64,000 nt of DNA, taken from an uncultured Clostridia bacterium (GTDB lineage: Bacteria > Bacillota > Clostridia > Oscillospirales > CAG-272). Shown here piece after piece: positions 1 to 9,300 of this stretch. The first letter of the stretch is position 1. Each line of letters begins with the position of its first letter. The translations under genes were made by a program, and so were the position numbers. Below the pieces are notes generated by a model that had not been told where the DNA came from, did no database searches, and worked only from the letters and a program-made list of their open reading frames with translations. Location of the stretch: assembly GCA_946407735.1 (NCBI GenBank), contig CAMJPL010000001.1, positions 88,182 through 152,181 on the forward strand, read 5' to 3'.

Positions 1-91
1 CATACAGAGTCCTTTATGTCAATTTTCCCCCCCATTTTTGTAAGAAAACTGTAATGTTTACGCCCGACGAAAAAATTTACATTCGATACGA

Positions 92-120
92 TTGTCATTT
101 CGGCGGCGCTGTGCTATAAT
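92..120 (+). promoter_or_regulatory. SigA-type promoter of ald (TTGTCA-17bp-TATAAT)
   Basis: -35 TTGTCA at 92-97, exact 17-bp spacer, -10 TATAAT at 115-120. Implies a ~180-nt leader before the ATG at 305. Confidence 0.55.
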
Positions 121-213
121 AATGATTCGGATACAAGTCATATCCGGCGGTGTCGTCCGCATGTGAAAATCGGCGTTGTTTTCACTTTTTACCGATATCG
201 AAACAAGAGCTCC

Positions 214-269
214 GGGTTCAAGAACCCGGGTTCAAGAACCCAGGTTCAAGAACCCAGGTTCAAGAACCC
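214..269. repeat. Four tandem 14-bp dyad-symmetric units (G/A)GGTTCAAGAACCC in the ald leader
   Basis: Units at 214-227, 228-241, 242-255 and 256-269. Each unit contains the GGTTC-AA-GAACC inverted repeat. The G-starting junctions GAACCC|GGGTTC are palindromic as well. Confidence 0.9.
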
Positions 270-304
270 GGGCTCATATCAATAACGAAAGGATCATCTG
301 TCAA

Positions 305-1420
305 ATGAAAATCGGCTGCGTCAAGGAGATCAAGAACAACGAGTACCGCGTCGGTCTGACGCCGGACAACGTCCGCGCCTATGTGGCGGCGGGACATCAC
401 GTCTATATGGAAAAGGGCGCCGGAGTCGGCTCGGGCTTCGCCGACACCGAGTATGTCGAGGCGGGAGCGTCCCTTATCGACAACGCCGCCGACGTATGGC
501 ATCTCGTCGATATGATGGTGAAGGTAAAGGAGCCTCTGGAGGAGGAATATCCGCTCTTCCACGACGGGCTGATCCTTTACACCTACCTGCATCTCGCCGC
601 CGACAGGCAGCAGATGGACGCCCTTCTCAGCGGAAAGGTCAAGGCCGTCGCCTACGAGACGATCCAGGAGACCGACCGCAGTCTGCCGTGTCTCGCCCCT
701 ATGTCGCAGATAGCCGGACGCCTTTCGATCCAGGAGGGCGCGAAGTATCTTGAGAAGCGCTTCGGCGGCGAGGGCATCCTGCTCGCCGGCGTGCCCGGCA
801 CTCCGAAGGCGAACGTAGTCATCCTCGGCGGCGGCACCGTCGGCATGAACGCCTGCAAGATCGCCGTCGGCATGGGCGCGAACGTGACGATCCTCGATAT
901 CAACCTGAAGCGCCTCGAGGAGCTCGACAACATGTTCGGCGCGCATATCCAGACCCTCGTATCGAACGACAGCAACGTCGAGCGCGTGGTAAAGGACGCC
1001 GATCTCGTCATCGGCTCGGTGCTGATCCCCGGCGGCTCGACCCCGAAGCTGTTCAAGGAGAAATATCTGCCCGAGATGAAGGAAGGAGCCGTGTTCGTCG
1101 ACGTCGCCATCGACCAGGGCGGCTGCGGCGAGAGCAGCCATGTGACGACTCACGACGATCCGGTATTTATAAAGGAAGGCGTCGTTCACTACTGCGTCGG
1201 CAATATGCCGGGCGCCGTGCCGCGCACCTCGACCATCGCGCTGACGAACGCGACACTGAGATACGGTCTGATGATCGCCGAAAGCGGTCTTGAGGACGCC
1301 TGCAGGAAGAGCGCCGTCATCGTCTCCGGCGTCAACTGCTACTGCGGGAAGCTGACGAACAAAAACGTCGCCGCCGCGCACGGATATGAATACACCGACC
1401 TGATGGGACTGATCGGGTAA
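305..1420 (+). CDS. ald: Alanine dehydrogenase
   Basis: MKIGCVKEIKNNEYRVGLTP N-terminus and the GGGTVG NAD-binding glycine motif. Length (371 aa) is typical of Ald. The track ORF starts at 176, but the ATG at 305 gives the canonical N-terminus. Confidence 0.9.
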   Translation: MKIGCVKEIKNNEYRVGLTPDNVRAYVAAGHHVYMEKGAGVGSGFADTEYVEAGASLIDNAADVWHLVDMMVKVKEPLEEEYPLFHDGLILYTYLHLAADRQQMDALLSGKVKAVAYETIQETDRSLPCLAPMSQIAGRLSIQEGAKYLEKRFGGEGILLAGVPGTPKANVVILGGGTVGMNACKIAVGMGANVTILDINLKRLEELDNMFGAHIQTLVSNDSNVERVVKDADLVIGSVLIPGGSTPKLFKEKYLPEMKEGAVFVDVAIDQGGCGESSHVTTHDDPVFIKEGVVHYCVGNMPGAVPRTSTIALTNATLRYGLMIAESGLEDACRKSAVIVSGVNCYCGKLTNKNVAAAHGYEYTDLMGLIG

Positions 1421-1438
1421 ATATAAACAGATACAACT

Positions 1439-1473
1439 GCATCGGCGTTCCCCGGAGCGCCGATGCTCTTTTA
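1439..1473 (+). terminator. Rho-independent terminator after ald
   Basis: Stem GCATCGGCG (1439-1447) pairs with CGCCGATGC (1458-1466), followed by TCTTTTA. Confidence 0.7.
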
Positions 1474-1631
1474 TGGCTGGAATTTTGTTTCCGAAAAGCA
1501 AACAATATTGGCTTAAAATGTAAAATGCCGCGTCATGCGCGGCATTTTCTGATTTTCAGACGGTTTATATATACAGGATCGCCTGATGATGATCCCGGCG
1601 AAATACGATGCGAAATATGAGGAGGCAAAAA

Positions 1632-3863
1632 ATGAGAAGAATGCTTGCGGCAGTCTCGGCGGCTCTCGCGGCTCTGATGCTCGCTCTTTCCGGCTGCGGC
1701 GCGGCGCCCGTAACCGATGAGGAAAACGGCGCTGCAGATGACGGCGGATCGGTCACGCTTGACGGAAGATACGAGATCACAGGGGAGGCGGAGCTTGACG
1801 GCTATAATCCGGATCACATTGAGCTTGTCGGGGACAGACTGCTCATATTAGGATCGCTGACGGAAACGCTGTACGGCGATGACGGCGCATATGTCGGAGC
1901 TAAATACGATTACCGCCTGTTTTCCGCCGACGCCGATACCATGGAGACGGATTCCGTTTCCTTCGCCTTCACGCCGGAAGGATACTGCGCCGCATGTGCC
2001 TTCGACGGCGAAGGGAATCTTCTGATGGTCGAAAGCGTATATAAGGACCGGAAAAACACCCTGACGCTCGATTTCATATCCGCCGATGGTCAGCTCGTAC
2101 GCTCGCGTTCCCTTGACGAGCTGATAACGACCGGATTCATCAGCCGCGTATGCTTTGAGTCGGGGATGTGGTACGTTTCGAGCGGAGGGAATGTCGTCGC
2201 TCTCGACAAAGCCGGGGAAGTTACCGGGAAATACGACGCCGGCGGCGATATAACGGATATGTTTTCCGCCGGAGGAAAAATCCACGCGTGCACTGCCGAC
2301 GATCATTATATCCTCGGGCCATCCGGCCTGACAGAGTCGCCGGAATGGAAAAAAGCCGGTGCGGAATCCGGCGGAAGAGGGATACTTACGGGCGGAGAGT
2401 ATGACTATCTTAAGGCGGAGAAGGAATACATCTGCGGATACACTCTCGCCGGAGAAAGGACGCCGCTTCTCAACTGGCTGAATTCCGACATATCGTATTC
2501 AGATACGGGAGACTTTGTGTACGGCTCGGACGATGTCGTATATCTGATTCTGTTCGGCAGCTTTGATGGCCCCGGGACCCGCGTCGTGCGCATGGAGCGC
2601 AAAGAGGGCTATACGATCCCGGCGTCAGACGTCATAACTCTTTATTACGGCGAGAGCGGCTCAATGATCGTGCCGATCGCGGCGGCGGGGTTCAACGCAT
2701 CGCAGAGCGAATACCGCGTCGTCTGTCATGAGCTGTCCGAAGGGGAGGACGCTTCGGCGGCTGACGGCCTGAATCTGAGACTTGTCAGCGGCGAAGCGGG
2801 AGATATAATCGAGATCGCGCCGGACGCGGATATAAAGAGCTATATCGATAAAGGAGTTTTCCTCGATCTCTATGATCTCGGGATAAAAAAGGACGGGCTT
2901 TTCTCATGCGTGACGGAGCTGTGCGAGACGGACGGCAGTCTGTACGCCATGCCGGTCAGCTTCACTTTTCAGTCTCTCGTCGGGAGCGTCGATTTCCATC
3001 CCGGCGGCAGCGGCTGGACGGTGGACGAGTTTATAACTGAATATAAAGCGGCAGCAGGCGAAGGGGGATATCTCACGTCAAACGACGGGAGAGCGGCTGT
3101 GCTCGGGTATATCCGTACCGGTCTTATGCTGAGTTACATAGACTTTGAGAAAAACGTCTGCTCATTCGATGATCCGTCTTTCATTGAGGCGGCCGAGTGG
3201 CTCAAGAGTCTTCCGGAAAGCAGGACGATATCGGGCGGTATGGTGAGATCGGCGCAGGATTTTATTGACGGAAAGGTGAAACTGGAGAACAAGCATTTCA
3301 CGATGCCGCAGGACTGTCTTACCGCTTCTTCGCTGTTCGGGGAATTCGGCAGCGGCGGTTTCGTCGGCTATCCGACGCCGGACGGCGGCAGGGCGCAGAT
3401 GATATGCGAGCGATATTACGGCATAAGCAGCTCCTGCAATAATCCGGAGGCGGCATTGACATTCCTGAGATACATGCTCGGCGGCGATGCGCTCAGCCCG
3501 TATTATTCCATGGGCAGCTTCGGCTTCCCGTCGCTCAAAGCCATGCTCACAGCCGTGACGGACAGGCTCAGAGGCTACGAATACCAGATCGATCCGGCCA
3601 ATCTGCCGTCTATGACGGGATCGAGCGCCGGGATCCCCGAGAGCCAGAAGCGGGACGGCATGATCTATATAAAGATAGACGACGATACCACAGATTATGT
3701 CGTAGGTTTCATCGAAAAGATAAGGCCTCTGAACCGGCTCGACAGTCAGCTTACGGATATATTCGATGAGGAGCTGTCGACGCTGTTCGGCGGCAGAAGC
3801 GCCGCCGACACGGCGAAAAACCTGCAGTCAAGGATATCCCTCTGGCTTGCCGAGAGGGAGTGA
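1632..3863 (+). CDS. Large lipoprotein with a C-terminal region that by eye resembles solute-binding proteins
   Basis: GAGGAGG SD lies 6 nt before the ATG at 1632. Signal peptide with lipobox LSGC. The C-terminal resemblance to extracellular solute-binding proteins is a by-eye impression; the N-terminal ~300 aa are of unknown function. Confidence 0.65.
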   Translation: MRRMLAAVSAALAALMLALSGCGAAPVTDEENGAADDGGSVTLDGRYEITGEAELDGYNPDHIELVGDRLLILGSLTETLYGDDGAYVGAKYDYRLFSADADTMETDSVSFAFTPEGYCAACAFDGEGNLLMVESVYKDRKNTLTLDFISADGQLVRSRSLDELITTGFISRVCFESGMWYVSSGGNVVALDKAGEVTGKYDAGGDITDMFSAGGKIHACTADDHYILGPSGLTESPEWKKAGAESGGRGILTGGEYDYLKAEKEYICGYTLAGERTPLLNWLNSDISYSDTGDFVYGSDDVVYLILFGSFDGPGTRVVRMERKEGYTIPASDVITLYYGESGSMIVPIAAAGFNASQSEYRVVCHELSEGEDASAADGLNLRLVSGEAGDIIEIAPDADIKSYIDKGVFLDLYDLGIKKDGLFSCVTELCETDGSLYAMPVSFTFQSLVGSVDFHPGGSGWTVDEFITEYKAAAGEGGYLTSNDGRAAVLGYIRTGLMLSYIDFEKNVCSFDDPSFIEAAEWLKSLPESRTISGGMVRSAQDFIDGKVKLENKHFTMPQDCLTASSLFGEFGSGGFVGYPTPDGGRAQMICERYYGISSSCNNPEAALTFLRYMLGGDALSPYYSMGSFGFPSLKAMLTAVTDRLRGYEYQIDPANLPSMTGSSAGIPESQKRDGMIYIKIDDDTTDYVVGFIEKIRPLNRLDSQLTDIFDEELSTLFGGRSAADTAKNLQSRISLWLAERE

Positions 3864-3868
3864 GCTTG

Positions 3869-4342
3869 TCATTTCACCGCCGTCAGCGGGCATATCTTCG
3901 CCTCGGTGATCTTCGCGAGATCGTCCGGCGAGAGGATTATCTGCTCGCCGCGCATCCCGGCGGAGACGGCGATCTCGTCCCACAGCACGCAGGTCTCGTC
4001 GATGAAGGTCGGGAACTTCTTCTTCATTCCGATCGGCGAGCAGCCGCCGCGCATATAGCCGGTCACCTTTATGAGATCCTTCATCGGTATCATCTCGACC
4101 CGCTTCGCCCCGCTCTCGCGGGCGACGAGCTTGAGATCGAGCTCCTCGGCGACCGGGATCACGCAGACTATATGCCCGGCGTCGCCCTCGAGGACGAGCG
4201 TCTTGAATACCTGATCCGCCGGCATATCCATCTCGGCGGCTGCGTGGACGCCGGAAAGATCGCTCTCGTCCACCATGTATTCCGCCGTGCGGAAGGGCAC
4301 AGACGCCGCCTCGAGGATCCTCATCACGTTTGTTTTCGTCAT
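3869..4342 (-). CDS. ybaK: Cys-tRNA(Pro)/Cys-tRNA(Cys) deacylase, YbaK/EbsC family
   Basis: MTKTNVMRILEAASVPFRTAEY N-terminus and the GGCSPIG motif typical of the YbaK family. The start was moved from 4354 to the fifth codon (M), which has a better SD. Confidence 0.85.
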   Translation of the reverse strand: MTKTNVMRILEAASVPFRTAEYMVDESDLSGVHAAAEMDMPADQVFKTLVLEGDAGHIVCVIPVAEELDLKLVARESGAKRVEMIPMKDLIKVTGYMRGGCSPIGMKKKFPTFIDETCVLWDEIAVSAGMRGEQIILSPDDLAKITEAKICPLTAVK

Positions 4343-4457
4343 TTCTTTCACCATCAGTCGATTCTATAATCGGTTATATTTCGGATATATTTTATCATAC
4401 GCGCGGCGTTATTATGTTTAATATTTGTGTTGATTCGGTGAATTATGCGGCGGGAGC

Positions 4458-4486
4458 TTGATATCGGCGATGAAAAGGGGTATAAT
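4458..4486 (+). promoter_or_regulatory. SigA-type promoter (TTGATA-17bp-TATAAT) upstream of the GH3 gene
   Basis: -35 at 4458-4463, 17-bp spacer, -10 at 4481-4486. Confidence 0.55.
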
Positions 4487-4530
4487 AGTATCAAAGACGC
4501 TCTCACGGAAAGATATTCATCAGATCATCC

Positions 4531-5979
4531 ATGAACAAGACCATCATATCCTTCATCGCGCTCATCGCGCTGATACTGTCATCATGCGACGCGTACGTCT
4601 CGGAGCTCACGTCGGCTCAGATACCGGCGATAACCGGCTATTCCGCCGATCCGGCCGCCGCGCCGGAAACGGCGTCCGCCGGAGCTTCGGCTGAAGCTTC
4701 GTCCGAGGAAACCGCGTCGGCTGAGGCCGAAGCTGAGACACTGCCGGAGACCGAGCCGGAACCTCAGATCCCGGAGCTTACCGGCACGGTGAACTGGATC
4801 GGGCCCGACAGCTTCGAGATCCGCCTCTCAGACGGCACGATCGTTTCGGTCCCGCTGTCGGCAGAGATCGATTCGCCCGAATACGGCGTGATGTACGGCG
4901 CCGAAGCGTCGGTCTCCTTAGGCGACGGCGGCACTGCCGCGTCGGCGCGCGTCGGCGGGCTCGATATCGCCGACAGGGCGTGGGAGATAATGAAGGGTAT
5001 GTCGGACGAGGAGCGCGTCGGACAGCTCATCATGGCCGGCTGCTCCGACAGGGCGACGGCGCTGTCGGCGGTCGAAAGCTGCCGTCTCGGCGGGCTCGTG
5101 CTGTTCTCGCGCGATTTCAAAAACGACACGAAGGCTTCGGCGGCCGCCGCGATACAGGCGTATCAGGACAGGGCGAAGATACCGCTCATCATATCGGCCG
5201 ACGAGGAGGGCGGCACCGTCTGCCGCGTCAGCTATTATTCCCAGTACCGCTCGACGAACTTCCTTTCTCCCCGCGCGATGTACGCGAGAGCGGGGATGGA
5301 CGGGATAAGAACCGAGGCCGCCGAAAAGGCGAAGCTCCTGCTCTCCCTCGGTGTGAACATGAACCTTGCTCCCGTCGCCGACATATCGACCGATCCCGCC
5401 GATTTCATCTATGACCGCTCTCTCGGCCAGAGCCCGGAGATCACGGCGGAATTCATAAAGACGGTCGTTGAGACGAACAGAAGCGAAGGTCTCGCCTCCT
5501 GCCTAAAGCATTTTCCCGGCTACGGCTCGGCGTCGGACACCCACACCGGCATAGCCTACGACGGCAGGGAGATGTCTGAGTTCGTAAACAAGGATTTCGT
5601 TCCGTTCAAAGCCGGGATCGACTCGGGCGTCGGGGCGGTCATGGTCGCGCATATCATATGCTCCGGCATAGATGCCGATATCCCGGCCAGCCTTTCGGAG
5701 AAGACGCACAAGCTGCTCAGGCAGGAGCTGTCCTTCACCGGAGTGTGCGTCACCGACGATCTCGCCATGGGGGCGATAACGCAGTACACCGGCGGGTACA
5801 ACGCCGCCGTGTCGGCGCTCCTCTGCGGCAACGACATACTCGCGGTCAGCGGCGACTACATGACGCCGTACACCGCACTTTTAGAGTCGCTTAAAAGCGG
5901 CGTGATTCCGCGCCATATGATAGACGGCGCCTGCATGAGGGTGCTGATGTACAAGCTGGACAACGGCATTATCGGCTGA
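4531..5979 (+). CDS. Glycoside hydrolase family 3 lipoprotein (beta-N-acetylhexosaminidase/NagZ-like)
   Basis: Lipobox LSSC. GH3 N-terminal domain motifs include KHFPGYG and VMVAHI. An acidic low-complexity linker follows the signal peptide. Confidence 0.85.
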   Translation: MNKTIISFIALIALILSSCDAYVSELTSAQIPAITGYSADPAAAPETASAGASAEASSEETASAEAEAETLPETEPEPQIPELTGTVNWIGPDSFEIRLSDGTIVSVPLSAEIDSPEYGVMYGAEASVSLGDGGTAASARVGGLDIADRAWEIMKGMSDEERVGQLIMAGCSDRATALSAVESCRLGGLVLFSRDFKNDTKASAAAAIQAYQDRAKIPLIISADEEGGTVCRVSYYSQYRSTNFLSPRAMYARAGMDGIRTEAAEKAKLLLSLGVNMNLAPVADISTDPADFIYDRSLGQSPEITAEFIKTVVETNRSEGLASCLKHFPGYGSASDTHTGIAYDGREMSEFVNKDFVPFKAGIDSGVGAVMVAHIICSGIDADIPASLSEKTHKLLRQELSFTGVCVTDDLAMGAITQYTGGYNAAVSALLCGNDILAVSGDYMTPYTALLESLKSGVIPRHMIDGACMRVLMYKLDNGIIG

Positions 5980-6186
5980 CAGAGTCAGCGGATGACAAAG
6001 TAGTCAGCGGCTGAGAGGCTGATAAATCAGCGCCTGATCGGCCGGAATGTGTCCCGCAGGAGTATGCTCCCGCAGAACCGCCATACATTTTTTAATCTGC
6101 CGCCGTGTTTATATGCCTGATATAAGGGAAAACCGGCGACAAAATTTTATTTCTAAATTTTTAACAGGGAAAAGCCCGCTCAGATG

Positions 6187-6215
6187 TTGATTTTTCCCGC
6201 CGAATGAGGTATAAT
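6187..6215 (+). promoter_or_regulatory. SigA-type promoter (TTGATT-17bp-TATAAT) of the SLH protein gene
   Basis: -35 at 6187-6192, 17-bp spacer, -10 at 6210-6215. Gives a ~150-nt 5' UTR. Confidence 0.55.
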
Positions 6216-6374
6216 ATTCGGACCTGTAATGGGTTTATCCGAAAAATCAGACTTTTTGATTTTTCTTAAGGAACATTGCGGGCATCTCCGGCGTCTCAGT
6301 CGGGACAGGGGATCTTCATCTTAAATCTATGCGAAAAAACAAGTCAAATATCCAATCCATCGGAGGCAAAAATT

Positions 6375-9300
6375 ATGACAGGTCGTAAATCCGCAATCCG
6401 GAAGCTGTCGGCGCTGCTCGCGGCGCTGATGGTGCTCGGAACGCTGACAGCTCTGCCCGTTTTCGCTGACAGCTTCAGCGACATATCCAGCCATTGGGCT
6501 AAGGCAAACGTCGAATACATGGTGGATAAGGAGATCATATCCGGCTATCCGGACGGCACCTTCCGCCCCGACAATACCGTGACCCGCGCCGAGTTCATCA
6601 AGATGCTCGACGCCACCTTCGGCCTCACGGAGACGGCCGCCATCAGCTTCAGCGACGTATCAAACTCGCAGTGGTATTATCCTTATATCCAGCAGGCCGC
6701 CGCTCAGGGATATCTCCTGAACTACGGCTCGACGCTGAACCCGAACGGCGAGCTCACCCGTGAGGAAGCCGCCGCTCTCCTCGCACGCTATCTCAACCTC
6801 GCCGAGAAGGACCGCGCTTCCGTCTCCTTCACCGACGCGGCTTCGATCAACCAGAACTACCGCGGCTATGTCTACGCCTGCGTCGACGCCGGTATAATCA
6901 AGGGATATGACACCGGCGACTTCAAGCCGCAGCGCACCCTCACCCGCGCCGAGGCCATGGCTATCCTCTACCGTTCGGCCGGCTCCATCTACCGCGGCTC
7001 CGCCGTCGGCGCCGAAAACGGCGCTCAGGCCGGCAACGCCACCATCACGAAGGGCGGCTCGAACATCTCCAACGCCTCCTTCTCCGGCTCGGTCTACATC
7101 ACCGAGGGCGCCGGCTCGTCTACCGTTACCCTTTCCAACTGCAATATCCGCGGCACTCTTTATCTCCGCGGCAATTCCAGAGTCCAGCTCGCCGGATCGA
7201 CCGTCAACAACGTCGTCGTTATCGGCAAGTCCTCCGCCACCGTCGGCGTCAACCTTGACGAGACCAGCACGGTGACGACTCTCGACGCCCAGTCGCCGGT
7301 ATCTGTCTATCTGCAGAGCGGCTCGACCGTCAGCACGATGAACGTCGGCGAGCATGCCGAGAGCAGCTCGGTCTCCGGCGCCGGCACCGTCGGCCAGCTC
7401 AACATCAACGGCGCCAAGTTCAAGTCCGACGTCACGCCGAGGAACTACACCATCGGTGACCGTCTCACCGCCGAGATCGGCGGCCAGAGCGTCGGCGGCA
7501 GCGGCACCAGCAGGACCGGTGTGAAGTCCGGCACCACTCCCGTGCTCGAGACCTCCGGCAGCCGCGATACCCTCACCCTGACCCCGAATGAGACCTCCGT
7601 TCTCTTCTGGTATTACACCAACTCCACCGCCGCTCCGTCGAGCAAGGAGTTCGCCGACATTTACAGACGCCAGAGCTCCAACGTGAAGGGCTTCCAGAGC
7701 CTCGATCAGGTCCAGTCCTACACCCTGCAGCTCGTTCAGTCGAGCATCGCCGCGCAGTACAACAACGTGGTCATCTGCCTGCTCGCCAATCAGGAATACT
7801 TCGATCCGATCATCCTTTCCCGCACCGGAGCGAACAACACCGGCAACAGCGCCGCCGGCTTCAAGAACAACCCGACGGTAAAGACCAACTCGCTCACCAA
7901 CCTCGATACCCTCTCCTTTATGCCTGAGGTATCGGGAACGATGTACTACTACTACACCACCTCCCCGACGGCGGTCACAGCTCAGCAGTTCAGGCTGAAC
8001 TACGACGCCTCCGCTCAGGGACTCAGGGGCAATAAGACCGTCATCGCCGGCAACAGCTACGCCGAGACGACTTCCTTCAACCCCGTGTCTTCCGGCTCGA
8101 ACTACAACTACGTCGCCGTGATGCTCACCTCCGGCGCCTCCGACTATCAGCCGATCGTCGTCACCCGCAACGCGGCTGACGGCGGCAACCTGCAGGCCTC
8201 CGGCCTTGCCGACGCTCCGGTATGGTCGTCCTACAACGGCAACGAGTCGCTGAGGATCAACGCCAGCGCCGCCGGTACCCTCAAGTATTACTACACCAAC
8301 TCGTCTCAGGCTCCGAACGCCAGCACCTTCAATGCCTACTACGGCATGGCCGGGACCTACTACAACGCCATCCGCGTTTCCCAGGGCGCTCAGAACACAT
8401 ATCTCACCACCTCGACGACCGGCACGAACGGCACCACCACCCAGACCAACATCAAGACCAATACCGTCAACGCTTCCGGCCTCGGCTACATCGTAATCAT
8501 GCTGACCGACGGCGTCGGCAACAACTACGCTCCCTATGTGGTGGCCCGTCAGGACAACAGCACGACCGGCGGCGGCTTCTCTACGAAGCCCTCCGTCAGC
8601 ATCGGCTCGCAGAACGACACCATCAGCTTCACCCCGTCGATGACCGGCTACGTCTTCTGGTATTACACCACCTCGTCCGGATCCATCCCGGCCGGCAGCT
8701 TCATGTCCAACTGGAACAATGCCCCGACCAGCGCCCGCGGCCAGTCCGGCCAGGTGCAGTCCGGCGTCGCTCAGTCCATCATGGGCGGCATCGCCGACTT
8801 CGCGAAGAACTACAGCTACATAGTCGTATCTCTTCAGGACACCACCGGAGCCTTCCAGGAGCCCGTCACCATCGCCCGCACTCAGGCCAACACCTCCAGC
8901 TACGGCTTCCGCGTCAACCCGACCGTCGCCATCAACGTCAACGGCAACGACACCATCTCGCTGACGCCTCAGTACAACGGAACGGTTTACTACTACTATT
9001 CCAACTCGGCTTCCTCGATATCCGGCTACAGCACCTTTGAGTCCAACTGGAACACCTCTTCGATAAAGAGCAGCTTTGCCGTAAACGGCGGAAGCGCTGC
9101 CACCGTGAACACCATCGCGAGCGCCAGCGTCCCGACCAATCTGCAGTATGTCGTGATCATGCTCCGCGACAGCAACGGCACCTACTACTCGCCGATCACC
9201 GTCAGACGCGGCGCGACCAACGCCAACGTCACCGGCACCGGCCTCACCGCCGCCAGCCTGACCTCCGGCACCACGACCGACCTTATCAGCGTCACCGCCT

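Noticed and set aside
214-269. Considered whether the 14-bp tandem repeats could be a CRISPR or mini-array.
   Set aside because: The units are contiguous with no spacers, only 14 bp long, and no cas genes are present.
176-304. N-terminal extension of the ald ORF (track start at 176) that translates the tandem 14-bp repeats as PGSRTRVQEPRFKNPGSRTR.
   Set aside because: The canonical Ald N-terminus begins at the ATG at 305. The extension is the translated repeat array, which fits leader RNA or DNA better than protein.
260-1501. 413-aa ORF antisense to ald.
   Set aside because: It is a mirror-frame ORF typical of GC-rich coding DNA. Its composition is Arg/Ala/Gly-rich with no motifs, and the sense strand encodes an unmistakable Ald.
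6660-9040. ORFs 6660-7355 (-), 6907-7275 (+) and 8222-9040 (+) inside the SLH protein gene.
   Set aside because: They are alternate or antisense frames of a gene with clear SLH domains and repeat modules. Their composition is low-complexity and Arg/Pro/His-rich.
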